A stretch of 62,859 nucleotides of DNA, the filler included. It is 4 parts of 4 records of this genome, joined end to end, with 100 filler letters (N's around TTAATTAATTAA, not from the genome) between each part and the next. Parts side by side here need not be neighbours in the genome. Positions count along the whole stretch, not along the records: positions 10,523 to 24,349 come from SRR31156797_16040; 3 more parts are not named here. The stretch is one strand, 5' to 3'. The translations under genes were made by a program, and so were the position numbers. This document shows, one piece after another, positions 11,003 to 21,452 of the stretch (positions within the stretch are counted from its first letter, which is position 1; each line of letters opens with the position of its first letter). A model generated the notes under the pieces. That model made no database searches and was not told the DNA's origin. It saw only the letters and a program-made list of their open reading frames with translations.

Positions 11003-12235
11003 TCAATCAAAACTTGCTTTAATGGGATCTAATTGTTCACCTGCAGGTATAACTTTCTGATTGATCAAAGGCCCCACCCCGTCACATCTGTCGCAAATTG
11101 CAGGATAGCCTTTTGCGGTCGCCCTATGAAAGAATTTTATTAAATCAAGCCTGTCTTCACTAACTTTCGAAATGCGAATATAATCTCCTTCTTCCGGTAA
11201 AGAGGCTGGTTCATAAACACCTCCAAACGCTCCCCAACAAGCTGAACCGCATGCATAAATTTTATCATCATGGGCAACAAAGCAATTATGATTTGCACAT
11301 TTATGATACAGTTCAATTTTTTCTTCTTCGCTTTTTCCGTGTGACGTATTTATATCGCCCAAATCATTCCAGGATGGCATTCCGAATCTGCCAGCCTGAA
11401 AATCATTAAATACCGAATATGCAATATGATGCTCTTCAAACAGACCGATGAGTTCTTCAATTTTTGACCGCTTCCCTATTACATGGGAATAATTTGAAAT
11501 ATAAACATGACAATCATATTCACTCAATGTTTTCAAGACATCAGTCTTAGGAATAACCGTACCGTTTGTAACCAAATGAAGAAGCCCGTATTTTTTACCA
11601 TACTCACCTGCTATGTATACAACGATTTTCCTAAAATCAGGGTGCAATATGGCTTCCCCTGTTGAAAAGGATAGCAAATCTATATATTCTGCAACACTAA
11701 ATATGCTGTCAATATCCGTTTTGATAAATTCAAAAGATAAGTGGTGATGCCGGTTTTGTTTATAATAAGGCAGATGAGCGATGCAGTTTTTACACTTTAA
11801 TGTGCAAAAAGAAGTAATTAATAAGTCCAAAACAGGTATAAAAACTTTATTTTTCTTAAAATAATTGAATGCAAGCATGTAGTCATACCCGAAACAATAT
11901 GAATTCTCTCTAAAACCCCACGCAATTAAATCTTCAGCTATTAAGTATTTGTCATAACAATATGGCATAATAACAATTACAACTTTGTCCGGGCTTTCTT
12001 TTCTAATACGCTTGGGCGATAAAATTTTATATCCTTGAAGGCTTGTATTCTGCAGATCCTGATTTTTATCTACGATATATTTTATTTGTAAATTTTTTCC
12101 TGCATCCGATATCAAATTTTTTGTTGCTTTGCCTGCGCCCCAAACGATGATTTTTTTATTTTCAACTATTTTTAAAAAGTTGAGAGCTTTGTTGCAAAAA
12201 TCTTTATCGTTTTCATATTCACCAAACAATTCCAT
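11003..12235 (-). CDS. radical SAM protein with N-terminal Rossmann-like (WGAG) module
   Basis: IIVWGAG..YIVDKN N-terminal module, CTLKCKNC, TGEA, VTNGT and C-terminal Cys residues. Confidence 0.8.
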   Translation of the reverse strand: MELFGEYENDKDFCNKALNFLKIVENKKIIVWGAGKATKNLISDAGKNLQIKYIVDKNQDLQNTSLQGYKILSPKRIRKESPDKVVIVIMPYCYDKYLIAEDLIAWGFRENSYCFGYDYMLAFNYFKKNKVFIPVLDLLITSFCTLKCKNCIAHLPYYKQNRHHHLSFEFIKTDIDSIFSVAEYIDLLSFSTGEAILHPDFRKIVVYIAGEYGKKYGLLHLVTNGTVIPKTDVLKTLSEYDCHVYISNYSHVIGKRSKIEELIGLFEEHHIAYSVFNDFQAGRFGMPSWNDLGDINTSHGKSEEEKIELYHKCANHNCFVAHDDKIYACGSACWGAFGGVYEPASLPEEGDYIRISKVSEDRLDLIKFFHRATAKGYPAICDRCDGVGPLINQKVIPAGEQLDPIKASFD

Positions 12236-12271
12236 ATCTTATGCCTCTCTTTGTGTGTGCAGTATAAGGAT

Positions 12272-13303
12272 TTAGTCCTTAAAGAGTTCCAACAGCCGTG
12301 AAGCATCATCGTCTATATGCTCTGCCGAATCCTCAATAACATTATAACAAACACAGGTTTTACATTCAGGAAATTTATCTTTTTCAAAGCGCAGCATGGT
12401 TCGCAGAAATGCGCGTCTTTTCCTGCCGTTCCATATCTCAAGAATAGAATTTTTATGCAGACTGCCCACAGCAAAACCTTTTCTTAATCCGGGAATAGAA
12501 CAGGGGAAGATGTCCAGATCACATCCTACTTGAAGAAAATAGAAGCATTGCCCGCACACCTTTCTATCCACATAAAATTTTTGGCCATACATATTTGTTG
12601 ACGGAGTCACCCGGTCTTTGATTTCAATGTGCTGCTGCTGCATCTGTACAATATGTTCAATGTATATTTTATCGCATACAGAACTAAACATTTTAAAAAA
12701 ACACGCTTTATCCTGTTCTCGCTCCAAAGCCACATCAATGGTTTTTATATAGATCGTAGCCTGCTTTCGAATGCTGTAAAGATATTCAATCTCCTTAACA
12801 AGCAAATAAATATCCACCCGTTTTCCACAAGTTTTAAAATACTGCTCACAGGTAAGCCCCTGAATGGAAATATTGATATTTGTTATACCGGCATCTATTA
12901 AGCGTTCCGAAGTGGTTTTATTGAGCAGCAGGCCATTTGTGATCACCTCAACGCGGGGTGCAATTTTGCTGTCCACCGCCATTTTTACAAACTCAGGCAG
13001 CAGCGGGTTCATCAATGGCTCTCCAAGCCCGGAAAAAACGATTCGTTTTAAACTTTTTTCGGGAAAGGTTTTTAATTCATTCAAAACCTTTTCAAAAGAA
13101 GGTTTTGACATGTGTTTGAGCTGAAAGCCAAGTTTGCGAAAAGGGCCGTTCTCGTCGTCTCGCGTGGCATGAATACAATAAAAGCATTTCACATTACAAT
13201 AACGGGTCTGTTCAATATAAACCGTAAACGGAGCACTTAAAGGAAGTATATCCGCAAGCCTCTGCCGGTTCCTATCTACATTTGGCTTTATCTGTGCAAT
13301 CAT
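12272..13303 (-). CDS. radical SAM/SPASM-like protein
   Basis: CNVKCFYC, GLGEPL, ITNG and C-terminal C..PC..GS..EIWNG..CKTC. Confidence 0.85.
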   Translation of the reverse strand: MIAQIKPNVDRNRQRLADILPLSAPFTVYIEQTRYCNVKCFYCIHATRDDENGPFRKLGFQLKHMSKPSFEKVLNELKTFPEKSLKRIVFSGLGEPLMNPLLPEFVKMAVDSKIAPRVEVITNGLLLNKTTSERLIDAGITNINISIQGLTCEQYFKTCGKRVDIYLLVKEIEYLYSIRKQATIYIKTIDVALEREQDKACFFKMFSSVCDKIYIEHIVQMQQQHIEIKDRVTPSTNMYGQKFYVDRKVCGQCFYFLQVGCDLDIFPCSIPGLRKGFAVGSLHKNSILEIWNGRKRRAFLRTMLRFEKDKFPECKTCVCYNVIEDSAEHIDDDASRLLELFKD

Positions 13304-13326
13304 ATGAATGATCCTGAACCCCGGCT

Positions 13327-15423
13327 TTATTCAAATATTTTTCTGTCATAAACCGTCTCAAACATGGTATCAACAAAAAAGGTGTTTTTAACCCGGTCAT
13401 CTATAATACAGTTTTCTCCATAGATTTCACCAACAATGAAGTCTATAAATTGCGGTGAAATATTAATTTCATTTATATGTTCATAATTGACCAATGCATG
13501 ATCAAAAAATTCCACGATCCCTTCAAAGATTTTTTCTTTTTTATCAAACATTTTCTGGGTATTGCCCAAAGGAGAATATTTAAAACGTAAATCTTCATCA
13601 ATGGTCAGACAGATCCCGGTAGGCGCAACAAGAATACCATCCTCAAAAAAAATCGTATTTCGCCTCAAATTGGATTTTTCCGCCTTATGGTCATCTTCTG
13701 TCTGATATAAAGCAAGCATGGTGCCGTCAGTATAGTAAGGATTGTTATAAGATAGATTGGCATAACAATAATATCCTGTAATCTTTTTGTTCAGCAGCCT
13801 GCTTAAAAAATACCGGCTGGTACCGTTATAACTCGGATCGACCAAGGCAATGCGGTCACTGGATTTTATTATACGATAAAGATATTTCCTATACCGTTTT
13901 CTTAACATTTGCGCATTATTCAATATCAGGATTTTATTTTCATTTACAATTTTTTTTATCCTGTCTTTATCTGCAGCGGTATTTATATCCCCTTTTTCAT
14001 TTAAGTCTATTCCGAACCGTATTTTGAAATAATCACTTGCTTTGCCGTTAAATTTCATTTTAAGGGTATCTTCGATGGTATCTTCTTTAAGATTTAAAAT
14101 GGTAATCAGCGGTCTCGATATCATCAAATACGCTGCCTGGGGTGCCCTTTTAATATTCAATCGATGAATCAGCAAATTGTACAGCTTTTCCAGAAAATAT
14201 CCGTCCCGTGCGACAAACAGGATTTTGTTTTCTTTGTTTTGAAGCGTTTTTTTTATAATCCAGACCAAATATGTAAATAAAACAGGGGCATAATAGACAT
14301 ATCCAAGATCTTCAAAGCGGTTAAAAAACGGCTGTCCCCTTGTTTTGGAAAGCGCAAATGGAGAGTTGAAAATTTTTGAAATAATATTGCCCATAATTAC
14401 GGAATCATCCCATGAGCAAATTTGAGGCGCAATCCCCTTAAGGGTTGAATTTTTCAACATTTCATAGGGACTTAGAATATGGCAGGTATCTATACCAAAA
14501 ATTTTGGCATTCCTGATATCGCAGATAGGATTGTCTCCAATATGCAAGACCCTTTTTCCGTCAGTGATCAGCTGGAAATACGCCCACAATTCTTTATCTG
14601 ATTTTCTTTTTTTAAGTTCAGAGGACACAAAGATGTCCTCATAACCCGTAATCCCGATATTCTCCAACAGCTCAACTAAAAATTCTTTGTGATGACAGAT
14701 ATCCGAAATCAGATATACCGTTTTGTTTTGTGACAATGCATATTGATATGCCCTAATCATATCACCCCGTGCAATGCAATATGACCGTTCTAATTTTTCT
14801 TCCAACCCACCGGTATCTTCGTACTCCCCAGGCATGTTTTTGTAAATATTTGTTATAGTTGCACCGGCCCCAAGTGCCAACTCTGTTTTTATACGATTTC
14901 TTACGAATCCGACATCTTCGCCAATACGCCTGGCAATCAACTGGATCAGGTTAACAGGTTCAGTAAGCCGTCTTGTGATCAATGTATCAAAAATATCAAA
15001 TGAAACGATTTCAAATTTATTTATTTCGGACTTAAGGGTTTCAAGATTCTTTTCCCAATAGGGGTTTTGATCAATCTCAAGATTTTTTTTATAATGTTCG
15101 CCTTTTGTTCCGTCACAAAAATAAATGGGAATGCCATGCTTTTTTTGTAAAAATTCTATCCTGGAAAAAATAGTCTGGAAATAGACGTTCCCTGAAACAA
15201 TGACAATTAAATCTGCAGATTTGATAACTTCTTCATAATTGAGAACAGGCAACCCATATATTTTTTTTCCGACATTCTCAGGATCCCTGTCCATAAGGCC
15301 GATAAAGTTAAACCCGTTATTTTCAAGAATGTCTTGGGTTTTCAAACCGATCCCATACAATACGATTTTTTTGTTAATGTATTGAGAAAAGTTGTCTTTA
15401 AATGTTGACATATCTTTTTTCAT
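13327..15423 (-). CDS. HAD-superfamily hydrolase-like protein of polysaccharide loci, with N-terminal Rossmann-like module
   Basis: IVLYGIG N-terminus, SFDIFDTL (HAD motif I), HIGDN..D and FVARDGY. Confidence 0.7.
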   Translation of the reverse strand: MKKDMSTFKDNFSQYINKKIVLYGIGLKTQDILENNGFNFIGLMDRDPENVGKKIYGLPVLNYEEVIKSADLIVIVSGNVYFQTIFSRIEFLQKKHGIPIYFCDGTKGEHYKKNLEIDQNPYWEKNLETLKSEINKFEIVSFDIFDTLITRRLTEPVNLIQLIARRIGEDVGFVRNRIKTELALGAGATITNIYKNMPGEYEDTGGLEEKLERSYCIARGDMIRAYQYALSQNKTVYLISDICHHKEFLVELLENIGITGYEDIFVSSELKKRKSDKELWAYFQLITDGKRVLHIGDNPICDIRNAKIFGIDTCHILSPYEMLKNSTLKGIAPQICSWDDSVIMGNIISKIFNSPFALSKTRGQPFFNRFEDLGYVYYAPVLFTYLVWIIKKTLQNKENKILFVARDGYFLEKLYNLLIHRLNIKRAPQAAYLMISRPLITILNLKEDTIEDTLKMKFNGKASDYFKIRFGIDLNEKGDINTAADKDRIKKIVNENKILILNNAQMLRKRYRKYLYRIIKSSDRIALVDPSYNGTSRYFLSRLLNKKITGYYCYANLSYNNPYYTDGTMLALYQTEDDHKAEKSNLRRNTIFFEDGILVAPTGICLTIDEDLRFKYSPLGNTQKMFDKKEKIFEGIVEFFDHALVNYEHINEINISPQFIDFIVGEIYGENCIIDDRVKNTFFVDTMFETVYDRKIFE

Positions 15424-15491
15424 CCGGCACTCAGGCAGGATGTGAATCCCTGTTCATTTTCAGTAGTATCAAGGTTTATGGCCGGTTCCCA

Positions 15492-16637
15492 TTAAAAAAA
15501 TACAACCTGCCCTTCAAAATTAATTTCTTGAAGGAAATCGGCCATCTCTTTCATATAGGAGCTAACAGGTATAAGCAGCATATCTGCCGATCCTAGTTTA
15601 TTTATTTCTTTAGAAGACCTCACCTGAACGTGCCCGAGTGATCTACCCATTTTAGCAGCAGAACCGTCAAAAAAGTAATCAATCTGGTTTAAAAGCTCAG
15701 GATATGTCCCTAAAACAAGTTGTGTATACTGGGATATCCCCCAAATAGAAATCCTTGTCCGATTTTTAAGAATATCCTTAACAACAGGGCCTCCCGGCAG
15801 TTTATCAACATTAATTGTGCCCGGTGTGTCCGGAAAATTACGGCTGTGTGCCCTTTTCTTTTCTTTTTGCGCCCTGACAATACAAAAACGGCACTTGGCC
15901 GTACTAACATCATCTTCGTAAAAATGCCGGGTTCCTGTTTCAAGGATTTCAAATCCACTGGATACGAACAGATCCGTTAGGCTTTGGCTGGAAAAATGAT
16001 TGATATGTTCAAAATACAGTTCCCGCCAGTTGATTGCCGGATAAAGATAGGATTCGGCCTGGGGAACCTCAATATAAACTACGGCTGAAGCGTTTAAAAA
16101 ACCGTGCAGTTGCTTTAATACATCTGCAGGGAAATACATATGTTCCAGAACATGGGACAAAATCACGATATCAAACTGTTCTTTTATTTTAGACAGTTTC
16201 TCATACACGGGAACACAAAGGGTGTCCAAGATGTATTGACGGCATACATTGCTTGCTTCAACCCCTGCGATTATTGCTTGTGAATTCTTTTTAAGCCACC
16301 GGAGCAACCCGCCTTTTCCGCTTCCAAAATCAAGCACAAAAGGCTTTTTTACCTGCAGGAATGAAGACGCCTGATTGTATATCCGGGCGTATCTTTTTAT
16401 ATCCCGATCTGAAAGGCCACCAGTGCCGGGGGATGTAGATTCAAAATAACATTCATTTGCTCTGTAATAGATTGAAAAATCGTTTTCCAGAAGGCAGGTT
16501 CTGTTATAAATAAAGTAACAATGGCTACACTGTGCCAACAGCATCTGTCCCGACAGATTCAGGTCGTCAAACAGCAGATAGTTCAAATCAGCTATTGGGG
16601 TGAATTTATTGCTTTTGCATAAAGGACAGACTCTCAT
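15492..16637 (-). CDS. class I SAM-dependent methyltransferase (sugar C/O-methyltransferase-like)
   Basis: N-terminal CPLC..CSHC zinc motif, VLDFGSGKG, SHVLEH, IEVP, EHINHFS and a C-terminal IWG module. Confidence 0.8.
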   Translation of the reverse strand: MRVCPLCKSNKFTPIADLNYLLFDDLNLSGQMLLAQCSHCYFIYNRTCLLENDFSIYYRANECYFESTSPGTGGLSDRDIKRYARIYNQASSFLQVKKPFVLDFGSGKGGLLRWLKKNSQAIIAGVEASNVCRQYILDTLCVPVYEKLSKIKEQFDIVILSHVLEHMYFPADVLKQLHGFLNASAVVYIEVPQAESYLYPAINWRELYFEHINHFSSQSLTDLFVSSGFEILETGTRHFYEDDVSTAKCRFCIVRAQKEKKRAHSRNFPDTPGTINVDKLPGGPVVKDILKNRTRISIWGISQYTQLVLGTYPELLNQIDYFFDGSAAKMGRSLGHVQVRSSKEINKLGSADMLLIPVSSYMKEMADFLQEINFEGQVVFF

Positions 16638-16654
16638 GAAGTTCTTTTCGGCTG

Positions 16655-18028
16655 TTAAAACGATTTATTGAGCCTTTTTCTTTTGGTGACAGCATTTTCC
16701 ATTGTTCTGCATATTTTTTCCAAAAGCGGGTCAGGCCCCAAGGTCTTTTGGTAATGAAACGGGGACCCCCGGGTTTTTGAAAAAAAAACAGGGGGCAGGT
16801 CCAAAATATTTTTCTTGCAGGTTTGGGCGTCTGACCCAAGTAATTTCATTATGATTCGTTTCTCATCAGAATCACCATAGGCGTTAAACAACAACTGGGC
16901 CGGCGAATGCCTGTCCACCCCTTTTTCAAAAGAGAGTGTCAGGTGATGGGTCCTTGGGGCATGATCCAACATTTCCCTGTAGAGCCTGTGCCATTGCAGC
17001 ACCGTTTTTTTTATATCAAAACGATCTTGGACATATTTCCTGCCGTTTTCAGACATTTTTTGTCTGATATCCGGATGATTTTTCAACAAAAAAATTCCGT
17101 TAACAAAGTCATCCCTTCCCTTGGCGACAATTCCTGTCTCTTTGTCTATCACAATGTCGGCTTCACACGGGTTATCCAAAACAACAGGCACGGCGCCCAA
17201 GGCCATGGCCTCAATGAGCACCTGTTCACCGGTTCCATAATGGGAATCCGTCAATGGATAAACAAAGGCGTGAAGGCCCAACAACACTTCGGGAACATTG
17301 TTAACCTGCCCCCGTATATCAAACCGTTCTGCAACGTTCCTTCTCATGGCTTCCTTTTTGAGGGCTTTTTCCAAAGGGCCGCCGCATACGATTAATGGAT
17401 AGTCCAGAATTTGGGTCTGTTCCCACAATGAAATAAAATCTTTATGCATTTTGCTGTATTCAACGGTTCCCACATAACCTGCCCTGAATCCTTCGGGCTT
17501 AGTCACCTTTTTGGGAACACCTTCGGGAATACCGGCGTTGCTCTGAATCATTCTGATATGGTTACAAGGGAATAAAAGGCGATCGGCGATCAGCCCTGAT
17601 TTCTTGCTCATGGGGGCTGCCAGGACAAAGAAATCGGGAAAGTCGATAATGGCCTTGAAAAAAAGCTGGGGAGCGAACATTCCGTTTACATGAGCCCAGA
17701 GAACCGCCCTCATCTTCGGAAGCCGATGATAGGCAAGCAGGGCATGCAACAGCGGATGATTCCACCAATGGATATGAACAATATCAGCACTTTCTATGAG
17801 AGAAAACAGTTCGTCTTTGCGTTGCCAGCCATACGCCAGGTAGTTAATCTGATGTTTTACACACCATTGGCTTGTCAGGGGGTTAAGTGATTCCAGTGTG
17901 GCCAGGGTATGGACAAAACCGCCCTCAATGCAGCTGTTTTTTATCAACGCCCGCAATACTGTACCCACGCCGCCTCCGGCATGGGTGGCAAGGTGCAGAA
18001 CTTTCAAAACGTTACGATTGTCGGCCAT
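16655..18028 (-). CDS. glycosyltransferase family 4 (GT-B)
   Basis: LHLATHAGGGVG, YVG, LIEAMALG and ETGIV motifs. Confidence 0.8.
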   Translation of the reverse strand: MADNRNVLKVLHLATHAGGGVGTVLRALIKNSCIEGGFVHTLATLESLNPLTSQWCVKHQINYLAYGWQRKDELFSLIESADIVHIHWWNHPLLHALLAYHRLPKMRAVLWAHVNGMFAPQLFFKAIIDFPDFFVLAAPMSKKSGLIADRLLFPCNHIRMIQSNAGIPEGVPKKVTKPEGFRAGYVGTVEYSKMHKDFISLWEQTQILDYPLIVCGGPLEKALKKEAMRRNVAERFDIRGQVNNVPEVLLGLHAFVYPLTDSHYGTGEQVLIEAMALGAVPVVLDNPCEADIVIDKETGIVAKGRDDFVNGIFLLKNHPDIRQKMSENGRKYVQDRFDIKKTVLQWHRLYREMLDHAPRTHHLTLSFEKGVDRHSPAQLLFNAYGDSDEKRIIMKLLGSDAQTCKKNILDLPPVFFSKTRGSPFHYQKTLGPDPLLEKICRTMENAVTKRKRLNKSF

Positions 18029-19303
18029 TCAGTTCCCTGCAAGTTTTTCTAAATCAGGTTTAAACGTTGAATACACACCGCAATACCGGTGCAGGCCATG
18101 AACCATGCACCGTTTACAAAGATCGCAATGCCGTCTTTTTTCCATTATCCTGCTGATATCGGTTTCTAAAAAATTTGACACAGCCCTGTTTTTTTTTGAA
18201 TGGAAAAACATCATGCAATTGCTTACGGAAAGGTCAGGATTGATCAGAATGGAACGGAAAGCATCACAGGGCAGCCCTGCCTGCTGTTTACTCATTTCAA
18301 GGCCTTGATCAAGATCAAGCAGCATCAGGTTCTGGGCATTTATGGCTGATTGCGGCAGCATTTTCCCTTCAAGGTAGCCAAGCACGTCATCAAGACAGAT
18401 CAAATAGGCAAATACCGGATGAAACTCAATGGACAGCTCTTCACACAGGTCTTGAAACTTTAAAATACTGTCACCAATGCTGTGTGTATAAAGATGATAG
18501 TAAAGTTCGATTTTCATTTCAGGGTGCAATTGCTGTCTTAGCTTTGAAACGGCCTTAAGATTCTTTAAAAATACGGGCCACCTGCCGCCTGTATGGGTTA
18601 GTTCGTACGATTTTTCCCACCCCGAAGCGGACAGCCGCATCCATTCAGGCTGGGAGGCGATGATCCTGTGATAATCCACATTCAGGTTGAGGTTACTGGA
18701 AATGGCGCTGAGAATCCCCTGGGATCTTGCATAACCGATCATGTCGGGCAAACTTTTATTTAAAGTCGGTTCACCCCATTGATAGAGCTGGACATTCTTT
18801 ACAAAAGGGTCTTCTTTTCTTAACTTCCGGATGACCATTTTAAAATTCTTAAAGGGCATCATCCCGGCAGAGGACAAGGGGTTTAATGCGCCTCCCCTTG
18901 GGCAGGAAATACATCGAAGATTGCAGGCACCTGATACCTCTATGGCATAATCCCTGGATTTTAAGGAAGAATAATGTATAAAGTCATCCTCTTTTAACAA
19001 ACCTTTTGACAGACAATATTCTTCAATTTCCTGTTCAAAAAAAAACGCAGATATGATGATGAACATGTTTTCCTTGGGCATACTTGATATGATATCCGGG
19101 GGATATACATAAATCTCATCAATGGATTGATTTACCAGGGCGGCGGAACGGTCAATATAACCTGAAAGAAGGATATTGTGTTCCTTTAGGACCCCGGCAA
19201 TACCACGTCCCTGATTTCCTGCACCCCAGATAAAAATCTTGCGGCGTTTGGAAATACTGTCAATACTCTGAATGGACACACCTTTTATCTTTTTATTATT
19301 CAA
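18029..19303 (-). CDS. radical SAM protein with N-terminal Rossmann-like module
   Basis: IFIWGAG, CNLRCISC, YQWGEP and C-terminal CxxC. Paralogue of the next gene. Confidence 0.82.
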   Translation of the reverse strand: MNNKKIKGVSIQSIDSISKRRKIFIWGAGNQGRGIAGVLKEHNILLSGYIDRSAALVNQSIDEIYVYPPDIISSMPKENMFIIISAFFFEQEIEEYCLSKGLLKEDDFIHYSSLKSRDYAIEVSGACNLRCISCPRGGALNPLSSAGMMPFKNFKMVIRKLRKEDPFVKNVQLYQWGEPTLNKSLPDMIGYARSQGILSAISSNLNLNVDYHRIIASQPEWMRLSASGWEKSYELTHTGGRWPVFLKNLKAVSKLRQQLHPEMKIELYYHLYTHSIGDSILKFQDLCEELSIEFHPVFAYLICLDDVLGYLEGKMLPQSAINAQNLMLLDLDQGLEMSKQQAGLPCDAFRSILINPDLSVSNCMMFFHSKKNRAVSNFLETDISRIMEKRRHCDLCKRCMVHGLHRYCGVYSTFKPDLEKLAGN

Positions 19304-20567
19304 TGCCCAATGATCCTTTAACAGGGATTAGCTTTTCATCTCCATACACACTGAAAACCCGGTGAATGCCTCTGGATTTGCACCAGTCACAAAATTCATT
19401 TTTGTTTCTGGCAGATTCAAGCGCTTTAACAGAAACAGAAAGGAAATCTTTGTCAACAAGGGTCAAACCGGGACGGTACCATTCCATGCATTGAGCAACG
19501 CTTAAATCCCAGTCTATCCAAAGATGGTCTTCATAATAACATGGGCGGCTTTTTTCTAATTCTGCAATGGCCAACGCCTCTTCAACTTTCAGGAATTGAA
19601 GCGTTCTTGTTTTTTGTGCAGCCTCACTGACCGGCTCTCCTGCCTGGACTTTTGCGATATTGTCCAAAGGAGCTAAAGCTGCATGGCGGTAACGGATGGT
19701 AAAGTCGAGCTCCTTGCAAAGCTGCTCCATTTTTTGGAAATCATCCCGGTTATGTTCATAAATATGAAAAAACAATTCCACTATCAACTCAGGATGATGT
19801 TTCTCCTGGTAGGCTTTGAGTTTCAACAGATTTTTATAAAACAGGTCCCAGTTTCCTCCGGTATGGGTGATTTCATAATTTTCCCCCCACCCGGAATTGG
19901 AAACGCGGATCCAGGTAGGCTTGGCTTTCACAACCGGTTCAAAATCAATGGGAAAGGATAAATTGGTTGAAATAGCAGACAACAGGGAGTAGTGATTGGT
20001 CAAATGGACGATCTCGGGCAGGAACGGATTGAGCATGGGCTCACCCCAGTTATAAAGGGAGATGATTCCGGTATAGGGATCTTCCCTTAAAATCTTTTGG
20101 ACCAGCTTTTCATAAGTTGCAGGCTTCATAAATCCGGGTTTGCGGTGATCCGGAAAATTCCCCCTGGGACAGGAGATACATTTCAAGTTGCAGGAACCGG
20201 AAACATCCACCTGATAGTTGAATCTTCTAAGTTCACCATAAGCCTGGAAATCTTGATGTTTTTGAAATCCTTCCCTGGTGCAGCGGTCTGCAAGCTCATC
20301 TGCATAAAATCCCGATGCCGTCAGGATAAAGACCTCCTGTCTTGAAAATTGATTAAAAAAATCATCTGGAAGCAGAATCGGGGACCCAAAAGCCAGGGTC
20401 CCCTGAAGAGAGATGCTGCTGTCAATAAAACCTGCCGGCTCCAGACCGTTCCGTTTAAGCACCTGGCGTGCCGCATACCCGTCGTGGCGGGCACCCCAGA
20501 TAAATACTTTCCTTGCTCCGATGTTTTTTTTTAAAATATTGGGATCAATATAATTTTTTTTAATCAT
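19296..20567 (-). CDS. radical SAM protein with N-terminal Rossmann-like module
   Basis: VFIWGAR, CNLKCISC, YNWGEP and C-terminal CDWC. Confidence 0.82.
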   Translation of the reverse strand: MIKKNYIDPNILKKNIGARKVFIWGARHDGYAARQVLKRNGLEPAGFIDSSISLQGTLAFGSPILLPDDFFNQFSRQEVFILTASGFYADELADRCTREGFQKHQDFQAYGELRRFNYQVDVSGSCNLKCISCPRGNFPDHRKPGFMKPATYEKLVQKILREDPYTGIISLYNWGEPMLNPFLPEIVHLTNHYSLLSAISTNLSFPIDFEPVVKAKPTWIRVSNSGWGENYEITHTGGNWDLFYKNLLKLKAYQEKHHPELIVELFFHIYEHNRDDFQKMEQLCKELDFTIRYRHAALAPLDNIAKVQAGEPVSEAAQKTRTLQFLKVEEALAIAELEKSRPCYYEDHLWIDWDLSVAQCMEWYRPGLTLVDKDFLSVSVKALESARNKNEFCDWCKSRGIHRVFSVYGDEKLIPVKGSLGIE

Positions 20568-20572
20568 AATTT

Positions 20573-21448
20573 TTATTTGTATCCCGTAACTTGTTTAATT
20601 TTTTCATTGTTTCCCCAAAAAGCCATGGGTTCGTACTCAGGATAAGGATAGTATCCAAGATCCAGTTTAATGGCACTTTTGCATTGATCAATTCTTTGCT
20701 CCACTAGGCTTCTCACAGATACAGGCGAACCGGAACATACATTGAAAATGCCTTCAGCTTTTGAATTTACGGCCAATTGTCCGGTGATTAATGCGGCATC
20801 TTCCACAGCCATGAAGTCCCTGAGCTGTTCTCCTTTTGACATGGGAAAGAATTCGTCTTCCCGGGCAATGGCACTGTCTAACTGGGACATAAGCGTCCTG
20901 GGCCCCTGGCCCTGACCAAACAGATAAAAATAGCGCAGCCATACAAAGGAAAAAGGATGAATTTTCGAGAGAAACTCAAGGTGCTTTCGCAGGGTATCTT
21001 TAGCAACGGCATAGGCGGTAACAGGAAACGTTGGGGCCTCCTCATCAAGCCTGCCATCCTGCTTGCCGTATTCAAAGCAGGTCCCGGCCACAACGATTCT
21101 TTTTAAACCACCTAAAATCATTTGTTTTAAAAAAAAATAATGCGCAGAAAACTCTTTTTCTATGTGTATCAAGCTATTATAATCGTTTAATCTCCCCCAT
21201 GCCAGATGAATCAGGGTATCGCAACGCAGATCGTTCAAACAACTTTTTTTATGATCGGAACAGATATCAAAACAGACCGTTTCTATGTCATACGTTTGTG
21301 AAATATACTTAAGCTTTACGGGATCCCGCCCGGCAGCAATGGGTTCATACCCTGCTTTGAGCAGGTGTTTTATCAAATGAGCCCCGATAAAGCCTGTTGC
21401 TCCGGTCACTACAATTTTTTTCGCCGGTGTCAAGTCTGGTGTGAACAT
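20573..21448 (-). CDS. NAD-dependent sugar epimerase/dehydratase (extended SDR)
   Basis: VTGATGFIG, HLAW, YAVAK (YxxxK) and RDF motifs. Confidence 0.88.
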   Translation of the reverse strand: MFTPDLTPAKKIVVTGATGFIGAHLIKHLLKAGYEPIAAGRDPVKLKYISQTYDIETVCFDICSDHKKSCLNDLRCDTLIHLAWGRLNDYNSLIHIEKEFSAHYFFLKQMILGGLKRIVVAGTCFEYGKQDGRLDEEAPTFPVTAYAVAKDTLRKHLEFLSKIHPFSFVWLRYFYLFGQGQGPRTLMSQLDSAIAREDEFFPMSKGEQLRDFMAVEDAALITGQLAVNSKAEGIFNVCSGSPVSVRSLVEQRIDQCKSAIKLDLGYYPYPEYEPMAFWGNNEKIKQVTGYK

Positions 21449-21452
21449 TTTA

